A stretch of 64,000 bases of DNA, from contig CAZUEO010000003.1 in assembly GCA_964619675.1 (NCBI GenBank), positions 56,186 through 120,185 of the forward strand, in the 5' to 3' direction. A model generated the notes under the pieces. The model had not been told where the DNA came from. It saw only the letters and a list, made by a program, of their open reading frames with translations, and searched no databases. The position numbers were made by a program, and so were the translations under genes. The number at the start of each line of letters is the position of its first letter. Position 1 is the first letter of the stretch. This document shows, one piece after another, positions 18,876-30,300 of the stretch. The DNA comes from an uncultured Planctomycetaceae bacterium. Lineage in GTDB: Bacteria; Planctomycetota; Phycisphaerae; Sedimentisphaerales; UBA12454.

Positions 18876-19547
18876 TTAAGCCTGCCGCAGTCTTGTTACA
18901 GTCTGGTGTGCAAGGCGTGTCGGTTCAGGTAGGCGATATTTAACACTGCAATCGAGCACAATTCTAACGGCATCATTTAATTTGCATTTATTACCAATGG
19001 AAACGAAAACCGGCTTTACATTGCTGCGCGTCCTGACAACTGAACCGATAATTTCACCTTTATTCGTAAGCGGACTTGTCGAGCCTTTACTAATCGCGGG
19101 CATTTTAAAATCTCCAATCAGTCTGCTCTTTGCGCAGCCTATTGTTGGGGTATCGAGAAAAATACCGAGATGACTTGCAAGCCCCAATCTTCTCGGATGT
19201 GCGATTCCCTGGCCGTCGGCGATAAAGCAATCAGGCATCGTTTTTAATTTTTCAATTGCCGCAAGGCAGGCAGGTGCTTCACGAAATGACAGTAAACCCG
19301 GTATATAAGGAAAATTGACGGCCCCAACTGTGTGGACGGTTTCAATAATATCAAAAGACTTTGCTGAAAGGACTACCACACAGGCGATTATATTTTTTTT
19401 ATCGGTGGTAAACGCGCAGTCAATGCCCGCAATTGTCCTGAGCTTTTTATTAAATCGCCGTATCTGCACCTGCCCTGCGAGGCTTTTTTGCAGCTCAATC
19501 GCCTTTTTTACGCTGAGGCGCCAGTTGTGTAAGTTCTTTATTTTCAT
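18876..19547 (-). CDS. nfi: Endonuclease V
   Basis: AGIDCAF, YIPGLLSFREAP and DGQGIAHPRRLGLASHLG are present. Confidence 0.9.
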   Translation of the reverse strand: MKIKNLHNWRLSVKKAIELQKSLAGQVQIRRFNKKLRTIAGIDCAFTTDKKNIIACVVVLSAKSFDIIETVHTVGAVNFPYIPGLLSFREAPACLAAIEKLKTMPDCFIADGQGIAHPRRLGLASHLGIFLDTPTIGCAKSRLIGDFKMPAISKGSTSPLTNKGEIIGSVVRTRSNVKPVFVSIGNKCKLNDAVRIVLDCSVKYRLPEPTRLAHQTVTRLRQA

Positions 19548-19669
19548 CGGCTTATGAAAAATACCTTAATAAATGTATTTTACTTCTTGAATGCTTGTGA
19601 TACAATAATCAAATTGGTTTATTGTGGACTTTTCGCAGGCGAATGCTGACGGCAGTAAGAAGGAAGGAA

Positions 19670-22522
19670 ATGCAGAAATCGATAAAAATAACCGGTGCCT
19701 GCCAGCACAATCTAAAAGATATAAACGTCGAGATACCGCGCGATAAATTTGTCGTAATCACCGGCATCAGCGGCTCAGGCAAAAGCTCGCTCGCGTTTGA
19801 CACGATATACGCGGAGGGGCAGAGAAAATATGTCGAGTCGTTAAGCGCGTATGCAAGACAGTTCCTTGAGCAGATGCAGAAGCCCGATGTGGAGAACATC
19901 GAGGGGCTGCCGCCGACAATTGCAATTGAACAGAGAAGTGCTGCCAGCAATCCTCGCTCGACCGTCGCAACGACAACCGAGATTTACGATTACTGCAGAG
20001 TTCTTTTTGCAAGGGCGGGCACGCCGCATTGCTGGATTTGCGGAAAAGAAATCTCAAGTCAGCACGCCACTCAGATTGTTGACAGTGTAATGTCGCTGCC
20101 GCAAGATACGAAAATTCAGATTTGTGCGCCTTTAATTCGCGGCCAAAAAGGCGAGCATAGAGATATTTTTGCAGGGATTCAGAGTCAGGGATTTGTGCGA
20201 GCGCGTGTTGATGGAATAATTTACGACATCAAAAATTTGCCGAAACTGGACAAGAATAAAAAGCACGATATTGCCGCCGTTGTGGACAGGCTTATTATAA
20301 AAGACACGGTGCGTATTCGTCTTGCGGATTCAATTGAGGCTGCGTTAAAGCTCGGCGAAGGCGTAATATTTGTGATGGTGCAGGGGCCGGGTGAAGACAA
20401 GAAGAATGGCGGCGACGGCAGATGGAAAGACCTTGTTTACAGCGAGAAATTTGCCTGCAATGAGCATCCGCAGGCGTCTCTGGAGGAACTTTCGCCGCGG
20501 CTTTTCAGCTTTAACAGTCCTTACGGCGCCTGCGGCAGCTGTGACGGCCTGGGTACGATACTCGAATTTGACGAAGAGCTGATTGTGTCCGACAAAAGTT
20601 TGTCGCTTGAAAACGGGGCTGTTGATGCCTGGCGAAAAGGCGGCAAAAGAATGAACATCTTTTACAGCAGATTGATTGCCAAGTTCTGCAGAGATTTCGG
20701 GATCAGCAAACAGATGCCCTTTTCAAAAATTCCCGCCGATATGAGAAAAATCCTGATGCATGGGACAAATGACCAAGACGAGAAAAAGTACGGGGTTTAT
20801 TTTGAAGGAGTGATTCCAAACCTTGATAAGAGATGGCAGAATACCTCAAGCGAATTTGTCAAGGCCAGGCTGCACAGCTATTTGTCGGAGCAGCCGTGCA
20901 GAACCTGCAAAGGTGCAAGACTGCGCAAAGAGGCAATTGCCGTTACCGCAGGCGGCAAAAGCATAAATGAAGCGGCAAAGATGAGTGTCGAAGAGGCACA
21001 GGAATTTTTTGAAAACATCAGGTTTGACAGTGAAAAAGCAATAATAGCCGCTCAGCCCTTAAAGGAGATAAAAGCAAGATTGAAATTTCTTGTGGATGTG
21101 GGATTGGGGTATCTTACTCTTGACCGGCGAAGCGGTACGTTAAGCGGCGGCGAAGCGCAGCGGATAAGACTGGCCACCCAGGTCGGCAGCGGGCTTGTAG
21201 GCTGCTGCTATGTCCTTGATGAGCCTACCATCGGACTGCACAGGCGGGACAACGGCAGACTTCTCGGCATATTAAGACGTTTGACTAACATCGGAAATAC
21301 CGTCCTGGTCGTTGAGCACGACGAAGAGGTCATTCGCAGCGCAGATTACGTAATTGATATCGGCCCGACCGCAGGTGCTAATGGCGGCCGGGTTGTGGCG
21401 CAGGGCAGCGCTAAAAATATATGCAATTGTCGGCAGTCTTTAACCGGAGATTATCTTTCAGGAAGGAAGCAGATTAAGCTGCCGGTTAAAAGACGAAAAA
21501 TCAGATTGTCTTACTGTCTTGAGGTAAAGGGGGCGGCGGAAAATAATTTAAAAAATATCGATGTAAAATTTCCTCTCGGCGCGTTTATCTGCGTAACCGG
21601 CGTTTCCGGCTCGGGCAAAAGCACGCTTATAACGGAAGTGCTCTTAAAAGGTCTTAAAAGAAAGTTGTATTACACCGGCCCCAAGCCCGGCAAACATAAA
21701 AACATTCTCGGCACAAGTCAGATTGACAAGGTTATCGAAATCGACCAGTCGCCCATCGGTAAAACTCCGCGGAGCAACCCGGTTACTTATACAGGCGTAT
21801 TTGACCTTATAAGGCAGTTGTTTGCAAAGACAAGAGAGGCCAGAATCAGGGGTTATAACCCGGGCCGGTTCAGCTTTAATATCAAAGGCGGCAGATGTGA
21901 GCATTGTCAGGGACAAGGCACAAAAAAAATTGAGATGCATTTTTTGCCTGACGTGTATGTCGTCTGCCAGCAGTGCAAAGGAAAAAGATACAATCCTGAA
22001 ACGCTGCAGATTACGTATAAGGGCAAAAATATTGCCGACGTTCTCGATATGCGGGTTGAAGAGGCTTTGAAATTTTTTGCAAATTTCCCGAAAATTATCC
22101 GGCTGCTCAAGACTTTAAGCGATGTCGGCCTTGGTTATATGGAATTGGGGCAATCCTCAACGACCCTTTCAGGCGGCGAGGCCCAGAGGGTCAAGCTTGC
22201 CGCAGAGCTCGGCAAAAGCTCAACGGGTCATACGTTGTATCTGCTCGACGAGCCTACGACGGGTCTGCATTTTGCCGATATTCATAATTTGCTCAACGTA
22301 CTCCAGAGACTGTGCGACTTGGGCAATACCGTGGTTGTAATTGAACATAATCTTGATGTAATCAAGATTGCCGATTATATTATTGACCTCGGCCCTGAAG
22401 GCGGGCAGGCCGGCGGGCAGGTTATCGCGGCAGGAACGCCGCAGGAAATTGTAAAAACTGAAAAAAGCTATACGGCAAAATATCTTAAAGGATACCTTGA
22501 CGGCAAAAAATACAGGGGATAA
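19670..22522 (+). CDS. uvrA: Excinuclease ABC subunit A
   Basis: There are two ABC modules (GISGSGKSSLAF, GVSGSGKSTL), LSGGE signatures and zinc-finger cysteines. ATG 19670 with AGGAAGGA upstream is preferred over TTG 19622. Confidence 0.95.
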   Translation: MQKSIKITGACQHNLKDINVEIPRDKFVVITGISGSGKSSLAFDTIYAEGQRKYVESLSAYARQFLEQMQKPDVENIEGLPPTIAIEQRSAASNPRSTVATTTEIYDYCRVLFARAGTPHCWICGKEISSQHATQIVDSVMSLPQDTKIQICAPLIRGQKGEHRDIFAGIQSQGFVRARVDGIIYDIKNLPKLDKNKKHDIAAVVDRLIIKDTVRIRLADSIEAALKLGEGVIFVMVQGPGEDKKNGGDGRWKDLVYSEKFACNEHPQASLEELSPRLFSFNSPYGACGSCDGLGTILEFDEELIVSDKSLSLENGAVDAWRKGGKRMNIFYSRLIAKFCRDFGISKQMPFSKIPADMRKILMHGTNDQDEKKYGVYFEGVIPNLDKRWQNTSSEFVKARLHSYLSEQPCRTCKGARLRKEAIAVTAGGKSINEAAKMSVEEAQEFFENIRFDSEKAIIAAQPLKEIKARLKFLVDVGLGYLTLDRRSGTLSGGEAQRIRLATQVGSGLVGCCYVLDEPTIGLHRRDNGRLLGILRRLTNIGNTVLVVEHDEEVIRSADYVIDIGPTAGANGGRVVAQGSAKNICNCRQSLTGDYLSGRKQIKLPVKRRKIRLSYCLEVKGAAENNLKNIDVKFPLGAFICVTGVSGSGKSTLITEVLLKGLKRKLYYTGPKPGKHKNILGTSQIDKVIEIDQSPIGKTPRSNPVTYTGVFDLIRQLFAKTREARIRGYNPGRFSFNIKGGRCEHCQGQGTKKIEMHFLPDVYVVCQQCKGKRYNPETLQITYKGKNIADVLDMRVEEALKFFANFPKIIRLLKTLSDVGLGYMELGQSSTTLSGGEAQRVKLAAELGKSSTGHTLYLLDEPTTGLHFADIHNLLNVLQRLCDLGNTVVVIEHNLDVIKIADYIIDLGPEGGQAGGQVIAAGTPQEIVKTEKSYTAKYLKGYLDGKKYRG

Positions 22523-22524
22523 CC

Positions 22525-23589
22525 TTGAAAACCTTTAAAACGCTGCAGTGGATTGGCGATATGGATGGCTATCTTGAACTGATAGACCAGCGAAAACTTC
22601 CTGCTCAATTTATCACGATACAATGCAGAACGCCTGAGCATCTGCACGAAACGATAAAGACTCTCGCCGTGCGGGGGGCACCTGCAATAGGAGTTGCCGC
22701 GGCGTTTGGCATCTGTCTTGCTGCACAACAGGCTGATAAATTAAAACTTTCAGATGCAGTCGGCCTTGTGGAAAAAAAGGCAGATTTCCTTTCAAAGGCG
22801 AGGCCCACGGCGGTTAATCTCTTCTGGGCACTCGGGAGAATGAAGAAAACGGCTTGCAATTTTGCAACTGAAAATCCGAAGGCAACTGTGGAGAACCTGA
22901 AAAAATATCTGTTTGATGAGGCTCAGAAGATTTATAATGAAGATGTCGAGATGTGCCGTAAAATCGGCGAAAACGGCGAAAAGTTTATTCCTGACGGTGG
23001 AGCGGTTCTTACGCACTGCAATGCGGGCGCTCTGGCGACGGCGGGAGACGGCACGGCGCTTGCCGCGATATTTGAAGCGCAGAGGAAAGGAAAAAAGTTC
23101 AAAGTTTATGTTGACGAGACAAGGCCGTTGCTTCAGGGGGCGAGACTTACAACATGGGAGCTTAAGCAGGCGGGTATTGACGTTACGCTTATCTGCGATA
23201 ATATGGCAGGGGTGCTGATGAAAGAAGGCAAAATAAATGCTGTAATTGTCGGCGCCGACAGGATAGCGGCCAACGGCGATGCCGCCAATAAAATCGGAAC
23301 TTATTCTTTAAGCATTCTTGCCGGGGCGCATAATATACCCTTTTATGTCGCTGCGCCGTCGAGCACGTTTGATTTGAATTTAAAAACCGGCAATCAAATC
23401 CCGATTGAACAGAGGCAGGCCGGCGAAGTGCTTAATTATATGAACGTTCAGACCGCGCCGCGGAATATAAAAGTTTATAATCCTGCCTTTGACGTAACGC
23501 CCGCGGAAAATATAACGGCAATAATTACTGAATATGGTGTTATCCAATGTCCGACAGAAGAAAAAATCAGAAAAGTGTTAAATCCTTAA
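22525..23589 (+). CDS. mtnA: S-methyl-5-thioribose-1-phosphate isomerase (eIF-2B alpha/beta/delta family)
   Basis: LELIDQRKLP, VRGAPAIGVAAA, HCNAGALAT and GADRIAANGD are present. Confidence 0.85.
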   Translation: MKTFKTLQWIGDMDGYLELIDQRKLPAQFITIQCRTPEHLHETIKTLAVRGAPAIGVAAAFGICLAAQQADKLKLSDAVGLVEKKADFLSKARPTAVNLFWALGRMKKTACNFATENPKATVENLKKYLFDEAQKIYNEDVEMCRKIGENGEKFIPDGGAVLTHCNAGALATAGDGTALAAIFEAQRKGKKFKVYVDETRPLLQGARLTTWELKQAGIDVTLICDNMAGVLMKEGKINAVIVGADRIAANGDAANKIGTYSLSILAGAHNIPFYVAAPSSTFDLNLKTGNQIPIEQRQAGEVLNYMNVQTAPRNIKVYNPAFDVTPAENITAIITEYGVIQCPTEEKIRKVLNP

Positions 23590-25355
23590 AAGCAAATCCG
23601 GCCGGCGGCTCAATGCTGCAAACGGAGACAGGGGAAAAATACGTTGAGATTTTTCTGTTTTTCCTGCTTCTTGCGTTCGGCATTTATCAGGCAATTCTGT
23701 ATTGGGGCCATAAGGCTGTGCCGCATCCGGATTTTACCTGTTTTCCAGCGGTTGCAAGACAGATTTTGTCTTTTCAGATGCCTTCCGATTTTAAGAGGGT
23801 GCCGCTATTGGGAGTTTTGCAGATATCTCTCGGCAAGATTGCCGGCGGCCAAAGCCCCGACCTTACCGGCGCCTGGCTGCTTAATTCAATAGCACATTCG
23901 CTGACGGCGGTTTTATTATGGCTGGTCGGCCGGAAAATCATCGGGCGCAGCGCCGTCTTGTTTGCTGTAATTGCGATAATCAATCCCTGGGGCCTGCAGC
24001 TTTTGACCGAGGCTATCGCGGAAACCACGCTTTTATTTTTTATCTGGGTCACGTTCTATCTTATATTCATAAGGTCAAAATGGGCTTATTTACTTGCCTC
24101 GCTGACGTCGATGGTGCGCTACGAAGGAGCGGCTCTTATCCTTTGCGCCTTTGTCTTGGATATGATAGAAGCGAAGGATAAAAAGGAGCGTATTCTCTCT
24201 TTTGTTTATGCCGCTGCAGCTTCAGTGCCGCTTTTTGTTTGGCTGGCAGGAACTGTCCTGCAGCAGGGTATGGGCACGACGCATTATTTCAAGGTGTTTA
24301 CCAAAGAATACAGAGAGCAGTTCGTCGGCGATGTAGCTGCCAAGACGGGCTTTGTAAAACACGCCAATATGCTCTGGCAGGTCGGATTTTATCAGTTATT
24401 TGTGCCCAATCCGCAGTCCGGCGAGGCTTTTGCGAAAACGCTTATGAATTTAAGCAAGTTCTTCGTACTTGCCGGCTTTTTGTTCGGCTCTGTATACGGC
24501 CTGCTCAAACGTCAATGGAAGATACTGGTTCTGCTGCTGTTTTTAGTGCCGTATTTCTCGCTTCACGCAAAGTATCCGTATCTGCAGCTCCGTTATCACG
24601 CGACGATATTTGCCATAGTTCTGCTTATCTGTATTTACGGCCTGCAAAGTTTCTGGAAGCTGCTCAATGACAAATTCAGGCTGCCCAAAGGCGTCACAAT
24701 AATGTTGCAGTTAGTTGTAATTATAACGGCTCTTATATGGGCGCTTGGGTTGTCGGGTTATCTTTCAAAATTGGCGCAGATAAGCACGGCAAGCGTCTCG
24801 CTGCCGTTCGTTTCAATATCAGTTGTCCTGTTGGCGCTTGCCGCCGGTTTTATTGCATATAAGGACGGCATATTTAAAAGTATTGTTGTCCTGACACTGA
24901 TGATTTTGATTATTGTCTCCAATCAGTTTGCCGTAGCAGGCATAGTAGGCAGCGGCAGAGGTGATATCGAGTTTAAATACCTTGCGGACTGGTATTGCGA
25001 AAACGCCCAAAGCGGCCAGAGGCTTGTATCAACAATGGCCAATCTTCTGACGGCGATGGCGCCTGAGCATGCGGACAGTTTTATTGCGATAGACGATTTT
25101 TCTGATGTGAACACACCGGCTGAATTTGTAGATAAGTGTTACAAAAAGAATATTACGTACGTAGCCTGGGATTCAAGAATCGGGCTTGCGCGGGGTGATG
25201 ATTATTACAAAATCTGGAAGATACAGAATATTGCGCCCCTTGCCGCGGGACGCAATATAGGGCCGTATCAGTTTATTACGCAGTTAAGAGCCAGCCAAAG
25301 ACGCTATATAAATATCTATCGTCTCCGCGCCCCATCAGGCGGCAGGCAGCCTTAG
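23547..25355 (+). CDS. Large polytopic membrane protein with C-terminal soluble domain (possible GT-C-like glycosyltransferase)
   Basis: It has about 12 hydrophobic helices followed by a ~140-aa hydrophilic tail. The start may be ATG 23613. No catalytic motif could be confirmed by eye. Confidence 0.4.
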   Translation: MSDRRKNQKSVKSLKANPAGGSMLQTETGEKYVEIFLFFLLLAFGIYQAILYWGHKAVPHPDFTCFPAVARQILSFQMPSDFKRVPLLGVLQISLGKIAGGQSPDLTGAWLLNSIAHSLTAVLLWLVGRKIIGRSAVLFAVIAIINPWGLQLLTEAIAETTLLFFIWVTFYLIFIRSKWAYLLASLTSMVRYEGAALILCAFVLDMIEAKDKKERILSFVYAAAASVPLFVWLAGTVLQQGMGTTHYFKVFTKEYREQFVGDVAAKTGFVKHANMLWQVGFYQLFVPNPQSGEAFAKTLMNLSKFFVLAGFLFGSVYGLLKRQWKILVLLLFLVPYFSLHAKYPYLQLRYHATIFAIVLLICIYGLQSFWKLLNDKFRLPKGVTIMLQLVVIITALIWALGLSGYLSKLAQISTASVSLPFVSISVVLLALAAGFIAYKDGIFKSIVVLTLMILIIVSNQFAVAGIVGSGRGDIEFKYLADWYCENAQSGQRLVSTMANLLTAMAPEHADSFIAIDDFSDVNTPAEFVDKCYKKNITYVAWDSRIGLARGDDYYKIWKIQNIAPLAAGRNIGPYQFITQLRASQRRYINIYRLRAPSGGRQP

Positions 25356-25359
25356 CAGT

Positions 25360-25620
25360 TTATTTGACTGCGATGACTTCTTTTACTTGGGGCACGCGCT
25401 GCTTGAGCAGTCGTTCGACGCCCGTCTTTAACGTTATTTGAGCGCTGGGACAGCCCCGGCAGGTACCCTGAAGACGAACCTTAACCGCATTGTCTCTGTC
25501 TATCTCTACAAATTCTATATCGCCGCCGTCGTTCTTCAGCATCGGACGAATGCTGTCAATTACTTCTATCACCTTGTTCTGCAAGGCCTTATCGCTGTTA
25601 CAGCCGCAATCTCCACACAT
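25360..25620 (-). CDS. NifU-like (Nfu C-terminal domain) Fe-S cluster scaffold/carrier
   Basis: CRGCPSAQITLKTGVERLLKQRVPQVKEV contains the CxxC Nfu motif. Confidence 0.8.
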   Translation of the reverse strand: MCGDCGCNSDKALQNKVIEVIDSIRPMLKNDGGDIEFVEIDRDNAVKVRLQGTCRGCPSAQITLKTGVERLLKQRVPQVKEVIAVK

Positions 25621-25829
25621 CTTATAGACTCCTTAAAAGTGCTAAACTTAAAACAAACCGCGCCTTAGATGGATAGATATTATACCAGCTCCTTATTAAG
25701 TTCTCCAGTATTTTTACGTTTAAAAAGTCAAGAAGCGTTAGCGAGAGGCCACAAAGCCCTGAATGTTAATTAGGAAGGTTGATTCTTTGTTGCGTTTCGG
25801 AGCAAAAATTGCTATAATTTTGCTGTTTC

Positions 25830-27038
25830 TTGTTTGGAGAACTATTTGTGAGAAATCTCTTTTGTTTTTTATTGATGAGTATATTTTTGTCGGCTGGTTT
25901 CACAGCCGCTGATACCTTTATCAATACTCAAACCGGCCAAAAATATCACGGTTTCACCACAGGCGGTGAAAACTCCGGCCTGTCCGATGTCAATACCGTC
26001 GAGGAGGGTATTGTTAAACTTAATTTGAGCCGGTTCAAAGTAGCGCGCGACAGAGCGGGCAGAAATAATACTGTTGCGTTTTTGTCGGTGCCTGGTGAAA
26101 TAGCCCTTGGAATGGAAACCAATGCCTTTGAAAAGGCGGTCAGAGATGCCGCTTCGAAAGGACCGCTGTTTATTCTTATAGAGATAGACAGCCCCGGCGG
26201 GCGGGTCGATTTGGCCAAGAGAATGTGTTCTGCCATAACCAAAACCGTTAATTGCGATACTTATGCTTATATAACGGGAGGCGACAGCGGCGGAGCATAT
26301 TCGGCAGCGGCTGCGGTGGCACTGGCCTGCGATAAAATTTATATGGCGCCCGGCACGGTTATAGGCGCCGCTACCTTAATTTCCAGAGATGACAATGGCA
26401 AACCTGTGGATATCAAACAGGTTCTCGGCCGAACTGTGGGTGAAAAGCTAAGCTCGGCCTGGCGAAATTATCTTGCTTCGCTGGCTGAGAATAATAATCG
26501 TCCCGCCGTGCTGGCAAGAGCGATGGAAAGCAGGGATATCGAAGCCATTGAAGTCAACGAAAACGGCAAAAGGGTCTTTATGGAATCAGTGGATAAAAAG
26601 CCCGGCCAGCAGATAGTAAAGACGTGGTCCAAAAAGGGGTCGCTGCTTACGCTGACGGCACAGGAAGCTGCCGATTGCGGCGTAGCAGATAAAATTTATG
26701 CCGGCAGGCAGGATTTATTGGCTGACCATAACGCCATATCGGCCCGGATAATTCCAGATGAATCGCTTGCCAAGGCCAGAGAGCTTTGCCAGCGAATAGA
26801 AAAAAGCATCAAAAGGATAAATGCCTCGGTTGACCTCGGCATAAAGACACTCGAAGCCACACAATCGCGGGGGCAGGCCCTTAAGGCTATGAGAGGTTTA
26901 ATAAATGACGCTCGGTTTGTGCTGGGCCTCAGGAGAAAATTCGGAGATGATGTGCCGGTGGATGAACAGAAAGTTCAAGACTTCCTGAATTCTGTCCAGG
27001 CTGAATATGATGCCCTCAGAGTTGCCGGCAGACAGTAG
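25830..27038 (+). CDS. Secreted ClpP/crotonase-fold serine protease, NfeD/SppA-like
   Basis: It has a signal peptide, then LILIEIDSPGGRVD and GGAYSAAAAVALACDKIYMAPGTVIGAA. Confidence 0.6.
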   Translation: MFGELFVRNLFCFLLMSIFLSAGFTAADTFINTQTGQKYHGFTTGGENSGLSDVNTVEEGIVKLNLSRFKVARDRAGRNNTVAFLSVPGEIALGMETNAFEKAVRDAASKGPLFILIEIDSPGGRVDLAKRMCSAITKTVNCDTYAYITGGDSGGAYSAAAAVALACDKIYMAPGTVIGAATLISRDDNGKPVDIKQVLGRTVGEKLSSAWRNYLASLAENNNRPAVLARAMESRDIEAIEVNENGKRVFMESVDKKPGQQIVKTWSKKGSLLTLTAQEAADCGVADKIYAGRQDLLADHNAISARIIPDESLAKARELCQRIEKSIKRINASVDLGIKTLEATQSRGQALKAMRGLINDARFVLGLRRKFGDDVPVDEQKVQDFLNSVQAEYDALRVAGRQ

Positions 27039-27091
27039 TCTAATTTTTTGTTTATCTCGCCTCAACGGTTCCTGATCCTGTCCTGATTTGG

Positions 27092-27278
27092 TTTTTTTAT
27101 TGGTTTTTAGTGGAATTTTGGGCGTTTTTAACCGTTAGCGACAGGTTTAGTTCCTTTTAGGTCGAAATTTTGGATTTTTTCGGATTTTTTCAAAAAGTGA
27201 GGGAGTTTTTACAAGTTTTTGAAGGTTTTTACAAAAACGAACGCTGATTTATCCCTTTAACTTCTTTTTACGCTTTTT
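27092..27278. other. Array of ~16 T-tracts phased at about one per helical turn (predicted intrinsically bent DNA)
   Basis: T-tract starts fall at 27092, 27104, 27116, 27125, 27146, 27155, 27168, 27175, 27185, 27206, 27216, 27226, 27248, 27256, 27265 and 27274. Mean spacing per slot is about 10.3 bp. Confidence 0.65.
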
Positions 27279-27279
27279 C

Positions 27280-27308
27280 TTGAAATACAAATGATGACCT
27301 TATAGAAT
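27280..27308 (+). promoter_or_regulatory. Sigma70-like promoter (TTGAAA - 17 nt - TAGAAT) only 9 nt from the ATG
   Basis: The -35 is at 27280-27285 and the -10 at 27303-27308. The ATG at 27318 has no Shine-Dalgarno sequence, implying a leaderless or near-leaderless mRNA. Confidence 0.4.
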
Positions 27309-27317
27309 GACCACCGT

Positions 27318-30300
27318 ATGGATACAATTACTACTGAAAGTATCATTAAGACTTCAAGTATAACTCCTTGGCCTAGAAAACTTTATCGTAATGCTGAAGA
27401 ATTCTGGAGGAATTCGCAAGGGTTTCATTACGCCTACCTTATATACCGCACTTTACGGGGCGACCATAAACGTACTTTTCAACCAGATGCCGTCTTTTAT
27501 GTTGGTAAATCGCCCGCGGCCTATCTGAAAAATGTGGATGAAATACGCGAAGAAGACGTAGGGCAATGGCAGCGATTTCTCTGGAACCAGGCCATTGTGC
27601 CAATGTTAATAATAAAATCCCCTATCAAAGTCAGAGTTTACACCGCTTATTCGCAACCCCAAAAATCAGATAGTACCGAAAAAATACAATCACTTCTTGA
27701 AGATACTGCTGACGCATTAAAACTTGATAAGTTGTGGACCGCTATCGAATCCGGCATGATTTACGAACTAAAACCTGAAGCTTTTAAAAGAGAACATGCA
27801 GTTGATCAATATTTACTTGATAATTTAAATGCGGCTGGCCAACTTTTAGCTAAAACACAACCAGGAAAAACCAAAGAAGCTAACGAGGAAAATCTGGAAT
27901 TTGCTCATCATTTTCTTACGCGTTTGTTGTTTGTTTGCTATCTTATTGAAAGAGGGATGATTGGCAAACATTTTAATGATTCTGAACATGAATTTTTGAA
28001 AGAACTTCGACCGGCTACTGATGAAAAAAAAGGTTATTTCCTTAAGGACCTTTTTGAAGATCTCAATACCTATTCCAAAAAACGAGAGGCTTTATGCCGT
28101 ATATTTGGTTATGTAAAACGGACATTTAATGGCAGTTTGTTTCCAGAAAGTATTGCAACAGAAAAGGACAGATATACGGATGATTTTATTAAAATAGTAG
28201 ATGATTTTCTTCACGGTCATGAACTTAGAACTGGGCAAAAGCTCTTAGGATTTTGGGCGTATGATTTTAGTGTAATTCCGATTGAAACTATCAGCGCAGT
28301 ATATGAGAGTTTTCTGGGAGAACAAGGAGAAATCAAAGAAGTTCTTGGAGGGAAAAATTCTAAGAGAACAACCGGAGCTTATTATACGCCGTTGCATTTG
28401 GTAGAACTGACCGTAGATATCGCTTTGGAAAAAATCAAAAATAAAAAGTCAATCCATAAACTCAAAATACTTGATCCGGCCTGTGGTAGCGGAGTCTTTC
28501 TTGTTTCATTATTTGGTCGAATGGCCGAGAGTCTTCGTCGTCAAGAAACTCAGACTAAAGGTATTAATTGGGCACGAAAACTATTACCGAAGTTACATCA
28601 GTTATACGGCATAGATATTAGCCAAACAGCTTGTCATATCACATGTTTCAGTCTTTATCTGGCTTTATTAGAGCAGCTTGAACCCAGTGATGTTGAGTAC
28701 CTCCACGAACATGATGAGAAACTCCCGCCTCTATTAGCAAATACAAGGCCGGATAGCTGGGATACGGTCTATCCTGGTAACTTATTTAATACTGAACTTT
28801 CTTTTAAAGAAAAAGATTTTGATATTGTTATCGGTAATCCACCATGGGTAAGCCGGGGAAATCAAAAAGATGAACATTTTCTTAAATGGCTGACTTCTAA
28901 AAAAAATACTGATATATATGGCCCTGAAAAACAAATTGCTCATGGCTTTATGTGGGAAGTTCCCAAATATCTTTCTGACTCTGGGATTGCTTGTCTTTTG
29001 CTGCCAACTACTGTATTGCTCAATAACCATACTAACCAGTTTCAAAAAGAATGGTTTAAATCTGTTACTGTTGAACGGGTTGTCAATTTTTCAGACCTTC
29101 GGTTTATTTTATTTAAAAGCGCAATACATCCGTGCGTTGCAATCAGTTTTAAGTCTGTAAAATCAAATCCTGAGAGTATTATCCGTTATGAATCTCCTAA
29201 AACAGATATTCGCAGCCAAAAAGGTGGCCCTGTTTATATTCGCGAGGAAGATACAACTTGCTTGTATTTGAAAGAAATTACATTTGCAGCAGCTAATGAT
29301 TATGCGCCTACCGTTTGGAAAACTCATTACTGGGGTTCTTGGCGGGATCAGAGACTCTTGTCGCGTTTAATGGATTTTAATAAACTTTCTGACTTGGCCG
29401 GCGAAATAGGAAAACATAAAAAATGGATTAAAGGACAGGGCATACAAGTTGGTGGGGGAGATCCAAACCCTGTATGGTGGAAACCTTCAACTTTGTATCT
29501 TGATTCCGAAGTAGATTTTGACTTGATAATTTGTAAAGATGATCTTATAACCATAAAACAAGCTGAAATACCCATTGATACTGTACATCGTCCTCGTGAT
29601 AAAAAATTGTTTATTGGGCCTAAAGTTCTTCTCGCAAAGGGAAGCCGAAGAGTTTTCTTTTGTAATCAAGAAGTTGTTTTCAGAGATACTTTCACGTCTA
29701 TAACAGGCACCGAAAAAGACACATCTCTTTTACGGTTTCTTGCGGTGGTTTTGAATTCGGATTTAGTTTATTATTATCTGTTTCACACCAATTCAAACTT
29801 AGGAATCTATCGCTCCCAAACGTATCCTAATGAGTTTTTATCAGTTCCGTTTTTTCTGCCAGAAAATGCGGTTGCTCCCGATAGGGCTAAGGAAATCGTA
29901 TCTATAGTCGCAAAACAGGTTGGAGAGTTTGAAAATAGTCTTAAAAATAAGAAATGGTTTGGTGAAGAACAAAAGAGAAAAGATAAGGCCAATAAAATTC
30001 GTATAAGACTTGAGCTATTAATTCGCGAATATTATAACGTAGATAAATATGAATCAATGCTTATTGATGACACCTTAAATTTGGCTGTCAAAAGTTTCCA
30101 CCCTAGAGAAAACACAGCAAAAGCAAAAATTCCAACTCTTGTGGATGTTAATGATGAACAGGCAAAAGAATATGTAAATACGCTTTGTGAAATGCTTAAT
30201 AATTTTGGCGAAGGAAGTAATTTCAAGGTCAATGGAGAAATCATAAAAGGGCAACCTTATTCTGTTGTCCAAATATCTTTGGCAGAAACAATTGATCGAA

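Noticed and set aside
27318-27650. Intact fused PD-(D/E)xK nuclease at the N-terminus of the large methyltransferase (which would make it a classical MmeI-type IIG enzyme)
   Set aside because: Only D57...Y-L-K71 is present and the acidic residue of the (D/E)xK triad is missing. The domain is treated as degenerate or non-nuclease pending structure prediction.
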